Notes under the pieces: generated by a model
Database searches by the model: none
What the model saw: the letters and a program-made list of their open reading frames with translations, nothing else
Told to the model about the DNA's origin: nothing
Assembly: GCF_006345805.1 (NCBI RefSeq)
Contig: NC_042997.1
Location: 108,872,001 to 108,936,000, forward strand
Length of the DNA stretch: 64,000 nucleotides
Origin: Octopus sinensis
Taxonomy: Eukaryota
Reading direction: 5' to 3'
Part shown: piece by piece, positions 53,453 to 64,000 of the stretch
Numbering within the stretch: position 1 is the first letter of the stretch
How the letters are laid out: the number at the start of each line of letters is the position of its first letter
Made by a program: the position numbers and the translations under genes

Positions 53453-56400
53453 GGGAGAGTTTACGCAAAAAGCAAAAGACGAAGACAGGTGGTGTACAAA
53501 CAAACAGATGTGTTAGTAATACGCTCAGGAATAGAAAAAGTCTTTTACGTTTCGAGCCTACGCTCTTCTACAGAAAGGACCCAGAAAAACAAGGAGAGAA
53601 AAAATGTGTGTAGTGGCTAACGATCTATCATGGCGACTAGTGCCGGACAGAAGGGTCAAACACGAGGAGGAAAGTAGGGGAGATAACAAGGTAAAGATGA
53701 CCCCCAACACAAAGGAGCGTATGTGTATAAGAGAGTATGTATGTGCGTCTGAAAGAGGGCTGATGGTCTGGACGTGTGCATGTATGTATGTGTAGGTGTG
53801 AAGATGTGGGGATGGGTGTGTGGGTGGTGTGTTGTGATGTGATGTGTAATGTTGTATGGTGTAGTGTGGTGTGGTGTGATGTTGTTGGGAGGTGGGGAGG
53901 CGAGAGTGGGGAAAGTACGGGTAGGGTGTGGGTTCGGCTGGGGGTTAGGGTAGCGTTGGGGTTTGTGGGTAGGCAGAGGGCGGGGGTATAGGTGGGGTAT
54001 GTGGGGAGGGATAGGATGGAGGGATGGGGGATGGGAAGGATAGGGAAGGTGGAGTAGGGATGTTTAGGGGTGGGTGGGTTTATGGGGGGAGGGGAAGGAG
54101 GGCATGTGAGGAAAGAGAGGAGGAGAGAAGAGAGAAAGGGAGAAGAGAGGAAGAGAGGAAGAGATAAGAGAGAAGGAGGGGAGAGAAAGAGAGTAGGAGA
54201 GAAGAGAGAAAGAGAGTAAGAGAGAAGAGGGAAAGAGAGTAGGGGTGAAAAGAAGTAGCAGTGAAGAGAAGTAGGAGTGAAGAGAAGTAGGAGTTGGTGC
54301 AAGAGAGGAGAGTTGGGTGGGAAGAAGGAGGAGGGAGGGGAGAGAGGAGAGGAGAGAGAGGGAGCAGAGAGAAAGAGAGAAGAGAGAAAGAGAGTAATGG
54401 AGAAGAGGGAAAGAGAGTAAGGGTGAAAAGATGTAGGAGTGAAGAGGAGTCGGGGAGGAGGTTAGATGAAGAGGAGAGGAGAGTTGAGCCCAAATGGCGT
54501 AAAAGAGCGAATAGAGAAGATTAATCCTTGTTCACGGCACAAACGGGAGTTCGGATGGCCTCTGTGCAAGGACAATCCGAACACAGACAGGTATTGCAAG
54601 GAATGACCAGTGGAGCGGAAATGGCGTGAGACTGGGGTGTCATTACCGAAGCGGATGTCTCGGAGGTGTTCTGCGAACCGGTCAGCCAAGCGGCGTCCCG
54701 TTTGTCCGGTGTACAGGGACTGGCAGAGAGAGCAGGAGATGCAATAGATGATATTGCTGGAGGTGCATGTCAAGGAGTCGATGATGGGTGCCGGTGAAGA
54801 AGGTGGTGTTGGAGAGGTAAGGGCAAGTGCGGCAGCGTGGGCGGGAGCAGGGGAACGAGCCAGGTTGGGAGGTAGGGTTGGGGAAGAGGCTGTGGACCAA
54901 GAGGTCTCGTAGGTTGTGGGCTCGTTTGAAGGAGGGGAGGGCTCGGTTAGGGAAGATGTGTGAAGTGGACGGGTCTGACTGGAGATGCCGGAAAGCTCGA
55001 AGAATGGTGCGTTGGAGAGGTAGGGTGGTGGGGTGGGGAGAGAGCAGATGCACGGTCTACGGAACGTGCTCTGGCAAGGGGGTGTGGATAGTGGTGAGGG
55101 GATATCCACGTAGGATGAGGTGGCGAGCTATGAGTTGAGACTGAGTCTCAAAGTCATGGTCGTCACTACAGAGCCTGCGTAGACGGAGGAATTGGGAATA
55201 GGGGATGGAAAGCTTGGTGTGTTTGGGGTGGGAGGAGGAGAAGTTTAGGTATGAGTGTGAGTCTGTGTATTTGTAGTGGATGGAGGTGGTAAGAGTGGAG
55301 TGATGAATGCTGACCGAAATGTCAAGAAAGGAGACAGAGGTGTCAGAAATAGTGCAGGAGAAGTGGAGGGCAGGATGGAAAGATTTGACGAAAGAGAGGA
55401 AGGAGTCTAGATGTTCGCGGGAGAGTGAGGTGGCACCGATACAGTTGTCAATATAACAGCCATATAGTTCGGGAGTGGGACCAATGAAACTAGAGAATAT
55501 TTGGGCCTCAACATAGCCAACGAACAGGTTCGCATAGTTGGGGCCCATTCTCGTTCCCATGGCCACTCCCGAGATTTGCTGGTAGAAATCGCCCGCGAAC
55601 GAGAACAGTTGAGTGAGAGGACAAGTTCGGCCAGACAAACAAGTGTGGAGGTGTCGGGTTGGGGATTGGGTCGGAAGTCCAGGAAGTGTTTAAGTGCACG
55701 CAGCCCCTCGTGTGGAGGGATCACAGTGTAGAGGCTCTGGATGTCCATTGTAAAGAGAAGTTTGGAGGAGCCAGGAGGGAAGAAGAAAGAGTTGAAAAGA
55801 CGAAGAGCATGGTTGGTGTCATGGATGTGAGAAGGAAGAGAAGCCACTAGGGGGCAAGGACACGGTCAAGATATTTGGAGATAAGCTCGGTGGGGCAGTT
55901 ACAAGCGGAGACCATGGGGCGGCCAAGGTTGTTGAGTTTGGGGATTTTGGGGAGGAAGTAAATGGTGGGGGTGTGGGGGGTTCGGACAATGAAGTTGGAT
56001 GCGGTGTGGGGGAGACGGAAGGACGAGATGAGGTCGTGTATTGTAGTGGAGACCGTCTGTTGGTCGCTACGCGTGGGGTCAGAGGACAGAGGGCAGTAGA
56101 AGGAGGTGTCATGGAGTTGGCGGCGAGCTGGCAGAGAGGTTAGGATATCGGACGAAATGCTTAGCGATATTTCGTCTACCGTTACGTTCTGGGTTCAAAT
56201 TCCGCCGAGGTCGACTTTGCCTTTCATCCTTTCGGGGTCGATAAATTAAGTACCAGTTACGCACTGGGATCGATGTAATCGACTTAATCCGTTTGTCTGT
56301 CCTTGATTGTCTCGTCTGTGTTTAGCCCCCTGTGGGTAGTGAAGAAATAGGTGTCATGGAGTTGGCGGAGAGCTTCGGCCCTGTAGAGGTCCGCGCGCCA

Positions 56401-57480
56401 TACCACCACAACTCCACCCTTGTCGGCCGGTTTAATAACGATGTCAGCGCGCCGTCAGAGGGAACGAAGAGCCGAGAGTTCTGCTGGGAAGATGTTGAGA
56501 CGATGGGGGCGCCTGGAGAAGTTTAACCGCTCCAAACACGCTGACAGGCGCCCGCAAAAAGATTCACTGCTTGGAACTGGCCAGGAGCAGGCGTCCACTG
56601 GGATGGTCGGCGGCCCAGGTCAGTGAAGCAGTCCTCCTCGTTTGATGCGGGTGGAGTGTCGCGGAAAAGCGCACACAACCTGACGCGGCGCACAAAGCTG
56701 TGGATATCCTACTGAGGATGGACCGCTCCGCCACAGAGAGGGGAAGATCTGGGGGAATGGTAACCATAGACTGAAGTGGAGAAGAGGTGGATGGAATAGA
56801 AGTAAGAGGAGTGGATAGGGTGGAGGTAGGAGGGGTGGTAGGGATGGTGGAAGGCAGGGGTAGGGAGTGGGGATGTGTGAGGGGGTTTGGAGGGACAGTG
56901 GGGTTGGGTGTGGGTGGGTGGAGCCTATCAGGGAGGGAGAAGGGTAGTGGAGGAGTTGGGGTAGTGGCATCGGGTTTGATGGAATGGAGCAGTGAGTGGA
57001 GTTTACGAAGTTTGGTGTTGGCAGGAAATTGATGAAAGAGATGATTTAAATGAATTATATAACGCAACGTGTTGTGAGCATGGAAGAGCGGCAGAGAGGA
57101 GAAAAAGATGGGAAAAGCAGGAGGGAGAAGGTGGTCGATGGTATGTATTTTAGAGAGATTGGAGCGAATGGTGGCACGCATAAGGCGGTAAGATGTGGCA
57201 CGGAGTATGGGTAGGATGGATGAAGCAAAGTGGAGAGTGGGGTGTAAATGGAGGCGGAAACCTTTAGGGATGAGGCGGTGATGTAAGCAGCGGCTGAGAA
57301 ATGAAACGTTGCTAGAGAAGCGGGTTTTTTTTTAAATGAGTAAAGAGAGGTTAATGGACTGCTGAAAGCAGTGGGAAGGAAGTAAGCAGAGGTAAGTTTT
57401 AGGCGATGGTGAAGAGTGAGGAGGTAGGATTTTTAGTCCGGCATGGTGGAGTAACAAGGAGAAAAAAAGGAAAGGAAATT
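53453..57480 (-). mobile_element. Near-full-length Neptune-type Penelope-like retroelement (inactivated)
   Basis: N-terminus FLSRCL...IPKGFRL; RT GRPMVSACNCPTE, FTMDIQSLYT, GVAMGT.MGP, YIDN (catalytic D to N); CxxxxCxxC linker FPCSRPRCRTC; GIY-YIG IIYCISC..C..LYTGQT.R.L..RF.EH; 3' pLTR unit at 53453-53633; frameshifts and a SINE insertion. Confidence 0.9.
56119..56348 (+). mobile_element. SINE family B nested in the PLE ORF, with target-site duplication
   Basis: AGGTGTCATGGAGTTGGCGG occurs at 56104-56123 and at 56349-56368. Confidence 0.93.
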
Positions 57481-58482
57481 AAACGTGGAAAGCGAACATA
57501 TAAAAGGTGTGAGAGAAAGAAGTAGTTTCTACGGAGACATAGGATATTTTCGCTCGGTTATCCCGACTATGAAGGAAATATGTTCTTTCCCATTGCGTTT
57601 TACGCTTCAGACTTACAGGCTGTTCTTTTGGGCTATTGTTACCTCGCCAACCCACCTTTCAGAAAATTACTGGAAAGTACACCCTCGAGAAGTTCGTGAG
57701 AGTTTGGCTATAGACGAATGTAACTGTCTTTAGTCGTTTTAATTTATTGGCCTTTTAATCCTTAGTCCTTTCAGTCTGTTCTTCCTCATAGCTTCCTGAT
57801 AGAGGGGAACACTTGCCCTTCTCGGTTGACTGAAGATAGCGAGGCGATCTTCATGGTGGCCACGACTGAACACGAGCCAGCTCCTGTTCGACTTAATTTC
57901 ACAATTATTTAATAAGGGGACTCTGGATGAAACAGTGCAAACAGTTTCATATCACTGAGTTCAAGTCGGAAAGACCCGACCGTGAGCATTTTCCTGTCTG
58001 TAGAATATATTTGAAACCAGCAACAATTCTCCGTTCACTGCAGGTGCCACTAGCAAGTCTAGGATTCCTGAAAGTGTCCCTGGTCCCCTGGGATGGCAGT
58101 CCTTTTGGATAGACTGGGCAACTATGTTGCCCTGGCCCACTAACAATGACAGTCGTGATGATGCCGATAATGATGATGATGACGACGATGAGGAGGATGA
58201 TTATGAAGAATCTGGGAGACGGAATAAACCGACAGGCGAAGATTAAGGTCCCAGTCAAGACGAATTTTGAAATAATTATAAGCACACTCACACTCACACA
58301 CACACATACACACACACACAGTAATGTTTGCTTTTATTTTAAGTTACGCATGCAAACGATTTAACATTAAAACTAAAGGATGATTCAATACCATTCGGTA
58401 ACCTTTACTTTGAATTTTCAGCTGATAAAGGCAAGTGGAAACTTCGAAGTCCCACTCAACGTTTTCTTTATAATACTAATAT

Positions 58483-58872
58483 ATTCTTTTATTCTTTTAT
58501 TTGTTTCAGTCATTTGACTGCGGCCATGTTGGAGCACTGCCTTTAGTCGAACAAGTCAACCCCAGGACTTATTCTTTGTAAACCTAGTAGTTATTCTATT
58601 GGTCTCTTTTACCGTACCCATAAGACAGGGGACGTAAACACACCAACATCGGTTGTCAAGTGATGGTGGTGGTGGGGGACAAACAAACACACACATTCTC
58701 ACACACACATATATACGACGGGCTTCTTTCAGTTTCCGTCTACCAAATCCACTCACAACCCTGTGGTCGGCTCGAGGTTATAAAAGAAGACACTTGCCCA
58801 AGGTGCCACGCAGTGGGACTGAACTCGGACCTATGTGGTTGGGAAGCAAGCTTCTTACCACATAGCAATGCC
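58483..58872 (-). mobile_element. SINE family A copy
   Basis: Homology to 6324-6748. Confidence 0.9.
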
Positions 58873-58878
58873 TTTACC

Positions 58879-58911
<33 letters not shown>

Positions 58912-59016
58912 ATATTTCTATATATGTTTGTATAGTATGTATATATATATGTATATATATGTGTATATATATACATATATAAATGTATATATATTTACAT
59001 ATTCATAGGTATGTCT

Positions 59017-59056
<40 letters not shown>

Positions 59057-59061
59057 TCACC

Positions 59062-59242
59062 CATGATAGATCGCTAGCCACTACACATTCTTTATTTTCT
59101 CACTTTGTTTCTTTCTGTATTCCTTTCTGTGGAAGAGCATAGGCTCGAAACGTTAAAGACTTTTTCACTTCCCGAGCATTATACTAATACATATGTTTGT
59201 TGTCTACACCACCTGTCTTCGTCTTTTTTTGTTAATTCTCAC
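59062..59242 (+). mobile_element. PLE terminal unit with hammerhead-like motif
   Basis: Homologous to 33344-33527; CTGTGGA-A-GAGC-ATAG-GCTC-GAAA-CGTT; abuts (TA)n. Confidence 0.75.
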
Positions 59243-59313
59243 TATATATATGTGTGTGTATGTCTGTGTGCACGCATACCTGTACATATATATGCGTATG
59301 TGTGTGTATGTAT

Positions 59314-59371
<58 letters not shown>

Positions 59372-59409
59372 CATACATACTTATAAATATGTAAATACAT
59401 ATATATATT

Positions 59410-59452
<43 letters not shown>

Positions 59453-60749
59453 TTATATATATATATGTTTATATATATATATATATATATGTGAGTGTGT
59501 GTGTATGCATGTATGTATATGTATGTGTATGTCTGTGTGTTTATATATAGTTACCCAGTATTTCTGTTCTGTGACACAAATTTAAGGGATCCTGTATCTA
59601 CTAAAACAGTTTACTTACGACTAAGTAGGTCCAAAGATAGCTGGAATGTTTCAAACACAAAATGTCGGCCATATTCGAAAGAGACAAACAAAGATCTATT
59701 ATTTAATGTTAAAAGACTTAACTTCGCCGTCAAGAGCGATAAAACATTACCTACATTAAAGTTTTCTTTTCTCCTCGTTTGTCTTCGCTTGCGAAGTGTT
59801 GATAATGTAGCTTACTCAGTAATAATAAACCATATTCTTAAGGAATGCAATCTCTTTTGAGATTTGGCAAGCATTACTATCAAATAAACATCGATAACAT
59901 AAGTAATTCTGGTAAAATATAGATAGAGTGTGTACTAATATCTCGCGGTATATTTGATTGTTTTTTATTTATCATTTTGTTTTCTAACATTTGATGCTGT
60001 GGTGGTGAAGATGTAAGATTTATCAATGAATAGCAATAACAATTTCGTTTCCACTGAAAGCACTTTTAGTTCGATGCAACAATTATCTGGATTAATATTT
60101 TGTTTTGCTTTGTTTTCTGTTTTTTTTTGCTTCTTTTATGTTATTATATCAGATGGAAAGACTTTTTCCGTATCAATGAGTTGCAATGAAAATCGTTTCT
60201 TTCGTTTTCCGATTCACTAAAAAGCACATCTAATGTCACCAATGATGTGTGATATTATTGATATCGAAGCAAAATAATTGTTGTCGCTGAAAATGGCAGT
60301 TATTTTTGAAGCAGAGATGCTACAGTGATGACCACCTCAAGTCTATGATGTTGATACTCTACCGATAGTTCAGAGCGTTATAATGTTACTGTATATCACC
60401 AATAATGACCAGGTAGCTGAGCTGCAGCCTCCATCAACCTTACACTCTCTTCTTATATATTCCTTTGAGTTCTGGGAAGATAGAAAATATCAATCTACTC
60501 ATCAAAACTATCTCGAATCGTTCATTATTACTGATCGATTCTTACGGCTCTTTACCTTCGGGTTTCAAATCTCACCGAAGTCAACTTTGTCTTTCATCTT
60601 TACGGGACTGATAAAATACATGACCAGTTGTCGACTGACTGAAAATTACTGGCCTTGTGTCCAAATTCGAAATCAGTATCGCTGCTCAATTGAACATAGT
60701 ATGTTGGTGTCAAATTTCGGCTCAAGACGAGCAATGTCGGTGGAGGGAG

Positions 60750-60863
60750 TAAGTCTATTGGATCAATCTGAGTGCTCAACTGGTGCCGAAAGGATGAAGG
60801 GCAAAGTAGATGTCGGTAAGGATTTTGTCCGGCGTGCGAACAATTCTGTCAGCTCGCCGCCTT
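60750..60863 (-). mobile_element. SINE family B fragment
   Basis: GAAAGGATGAAGGGCAAAG and CAGCTCGCCGCCT (head on minus). Confidence 0.7.
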
Positions 60864-61189
60864 AATTGAACATAGTATATTAACAGAATAAATCCCGAGT
60901 TCAAATCCTGTTGAGGTCAACCCTGTTTACAATCATCCCGGGGTCGATTAAAACAATTACCAATCACGAAATGGAATAATCTTAACAAGGTCCAGCGAGT
61001 TCACATTCGAAGACCAAATATTAACGAAGTCGACTCAGCACTTCATCCACCAGGGGTGGCTACAATAACGTTCCGTTTAACTACTGAGGCCGTTCTGCTC
61101 CATGTTGTTTCCCCCCCCCCCACGCCACAAATGATTGTTTTTCATCAATCATTGCTTTTCTTTATAGTTTGAAATAATTGTTTCGAATT

Positions 61190-61365
61190 TTGGCACAAGG
61201 CCAGCAGGGGAGGGTCGTAAATCGATTACATCGACCGCTCGCCGTATTCAAAAGATGAAAGGCAAAGACAACCTCGACGGGATTTGAACACAGAACTTTA
61301 AGATGGATGAAATGCCGCTGACTATTTTCTCCGGCAGGGCAACGATTCTGTTAGATCACCATCCT
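61190..61365 (-). mobile_element. SINE family B fragment
   Basis: GATGAAAGGCAAAG...GGATTTGAACACAGAAC homology. Confidence 0.7.
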
Positions 61366-61490
61366 ATATGGTTTGAAATAATGTAATTTTCAAATACATG
61401 TTAGTCTTCATGTGTGTTTATGTATACATTTCTGTATGTGAGTGTTTGTGTGTGTTGGAGTAATAATGTTCTGGTATTAAGAATGGGGTT

Positions 61491-62720
61491 GGATTGTCAT
61501 CCCATAAGGTCTATCCGATTTTACCTTTTTTAAAATTGAAAATTGAATGAAGTTTAATACTATTTTAGAATGCCTAATGGAATTTAAAATTATTTTTATG
61601 CATTTGTGTACATTTAAGCTAATTGAATTATTATTTTACTGAACAACAGAATTTCTAACACGGAAGAATCCAAAGACCATTCGAAGTACATAATGCTTTA
61701 TGAGTACGAAAAAGGAAACCCTGCAGCCGAAGCGACTCGAAACATACACTCAGTTTATGGGAAAGAATTCTTGAATGAAAGTACTTGCAGAAGATGGTTT
61801 GCAAAATTCAGAAGTGGAGATTTCAGCCTTGAAGATGAAAATCGAACAGGACGTTCAGTTGAGTATGATGATAAGCTCCTGGAGGCATTACTTGAAGAAA
61901 ATCCTACATTACCAGTTGAAGCAATAAAGCTTAGTTCAAACCATACAACTGTTCATCGTCATCTTCAACAACTTGGAAATTGTACGAAAGCAACCACAAA
62001 TCCCGAGTTGACATCTGCTCTTCTCTCGATTCTCGCGAACTCATTTCACCCTTTTTGGATAGACTAGTGACTGATGACGAAAAATGGATCTTCTATCGAA
62101 ATTTTAAAAGTCGTAAACAGTGGCTTGGTAAAAGGGGAAAAGCTCATCCACAACTGAGAAGGGAACTTCGTGGGAAAAAGGTTCTTCTCTATTTGGTTGG
62201 ATTGCAAAGGAGAAATTCACTTTGAATTGTTACCACCTAATGTAACAATCAATGCTCAAGTCTACTGTCAGCAATTTGAGCGTTTGAACCAAGCTTTGAA
62301 AAGAAAAAGACCCGCTTTAGTGAATCGAAAAGGAGTGATGTTTCATCAGGACAATGCGCGACTCCACACTGCAAAGATCACATCACAGAAGATCGAAGAG
62401 ATTGGTTGGGAAAAAATTCATCATCCACCATATTCTCCCGACCTTGCTCCTTCAGACTACCATTTGTTTCGTAGTTTACAGAATCATCTGTGGACATAAC
62501 TTTCGCAAGCCAGGAGGAGGTGAAAACTGACATTTCAGAGTGCTTCGCTTTGAAACCAAAAGAGTGTTACATTGATGGGATTAAAAAGCTTGTAAATAGA
62601 TGGAAGGAAGTCATAGATAATCAGGGAAAGTAAATTGATGATTAAATTCCTATTAAATATAACATTTGATCACTTGTTTTCTTTATTCAAAATTCGGACA
62701 GAACTTATGGGATGACCTGA
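61491..62720 (+). mobile_element. Mariner (DD34D) transposon, decayed
   Basis: TIRs GTCATCCCATAAG.TCT.TCCGA at ~61496 and inverted at 62691-62720 followed by TA; transposase pieces RRWFAKFRSGDFSLED, LVTDDEKWI, FHQDNAR and HPPYSPDLAPSDYHLF; frameshifts and loss of the WVPHEL linker. Confidence 0.92.
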
Positions 62721-62744
62721 TATATAGATATATATATATATATA

Positions 62745-62948
62745 TTACTCTCTTACTCTTTTACTTGTTTCAGTCATTCGACTGCGGCCATACAGGAACA
62801 CCACCTTTAGTTGAGCAAATCGATCCCAGGACTTATTCTTTGTAAGCCGGTATTTTTTGCCGAACCGCAAGGTGCCACGTAGTGGGACTGCATCCGGAAC
62901 CATGTGGTTGGTAAGCAAGCTACTTGCCATACAGCCACACCTGCGCCT
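62745..62948 (-). mobile_element. SINE family A, internally deleted
   Basis: Tail joined to head through GCCGAACCGC/AAGGTGCCAC. Confidence 0.85.
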
Positions 62949-63174
62949 ATATATATATATATAATTTATATTACTATTATTTAATTGAACTCCACGCACC
63001 CATTTCCAAATAAGTGAAACTCTGAGTAACAGCTCCTATGTTATATTCCTGCTGCTTTTAAATAAAGCATATTACTCTACCTCTGGTATTTCAGTACTCT
63101 TTTTTCCACCTTGTTTCACATTTATGTGCTTCCTCCGGTATATATATATATATATATAGGTATCTGTGTGTATG

Positions 63175-63233
<59 letters not shown>

Positions 63234-63329
63234 ACAGGTATGTATGTGTGTCTGTGAGTGAGTGTCTGTATTTGTGTTTTCAAAAATTTCAATTGGTAGT
63301 ATCGTTAGAGCATTGGGTAATATAATTTT

Positions 63330-63460
63330 GGGTATTTAGTTAGAGTCCTTTACGTTCTGCGTTCGAATCTCACCGATGTCGACCTTGCTTTTCATCGTTC
63401 CACGGTCGATTAGCAAAAGTAGTATTGAAGTCCCGGGGCTAATTATTTGTCTCTGTCCTT
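63330..63460 (+). mobile_element. SINE family B fragment
   Basis: ACGTTCTGCGTTCGAATCTC...GTCGACCTTGCTTTTCATC. Confidence 0.65.
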
Positions 63461-64000
63461 TCCCACACGCTGTGACCCTGCGCACGCTTTGAAATCAACA
63501 CCAGTAAGTCAATCAATAGCCAAGTCAATTGAAAGCCCCGCTGCTTGTTTTACATAATCCACTTCGTTATCCCAAATTTATGAGTTCAATCCTCATCATG
63601 CTTGATTTGTCTTTCATTCAGTTGTTGTTGCGGAGAACATAAAACTCTATTGTAAATCGTTAGACAGCATCAATCAACAATAATTCTTTATGTAAAGGAC
63701 ACAAGCTTCATTTGACGCCACGCCCTACTCGTGACTGCCTGCTTGAATGAATATCTAAATTATGTATAGTCTACAGGATATGGACTGAATGACTCCAGCG
63801 GTTGTACAAAAAATTAGACCCTGTACACCTCACCGAAATAAGCCCTAAAGATCGTGGTTTCTTGACTCGTGAATAATGAGCAGTTCGATTTGAAATCCAA
63901 TTCTTGTTGCACAGTAATGTTGTCACCCGCGTCACTTCCGGTATAATTCAGTCACATATTTTATCAACAGTTTTTTGTCAGAAATATCAAGTTGAAGATT

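Noticed and set aside
57947-58146. Minus-strand peptide GTCSERRIVAG as a serine-protease activation site
   Set aside because: No downstream PW/CGG/His motifs and no convincing splice donor.
53453-59242. 59062-59242 as the inverted 5' pLTR of the Neptune-type element
   Set aside because: It lies ~1.6 kb beyond the ORF start with unrelated sequence and a SINE between, and is about as diverged as the unlinked 33344 copy; an independent insertion is more likely.

Overview
This is eukaryotic, AT-rich, repeat-saturated non-genic (intergenic or intronic) DNA. The SINE families and the very high microsatellite load point to an octopus/coleoid cephalopod genome; that assignment is inference from recalled repeat families, not a database result. 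No host protein-coding exon can be supported, and almost all ORFs in the track are microsatellite translations. The recognisable content is mobile DNA. (1) A head-to-tail chain of three different R4/Dong-like RLE non-LTR retrotransposons joined by (TAA)n tracts (19.0-24.8 kb). (2) Four 3' fragments of a second RLE-LINE type bordered by (CATA)n. (3) Three Penelope-like elements (PLEs): two Naiad-type relics and one near-full-length Neptune-type copy, plus several hammerhead-ribozyme-like terminal units that abut (TA)n. (4) A decayed Helitron with Rep and PIF1 helicase, a decayed mariner, an RTE fragment, small MITEs, about 25 tRNA-derived SINE copies or fragments, and several near-perfect palindromes. 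The most interesting signals are an apparent partitioning of microsatellite types among endonuclease-bearing retroelements, a ~130-codon in-frame spacer inside a Naiad GIY-YIG domain, ribozyme relics including a shared core variant, and a 246-bp palindrome lying near the midpoint of an inverted repeat pair.
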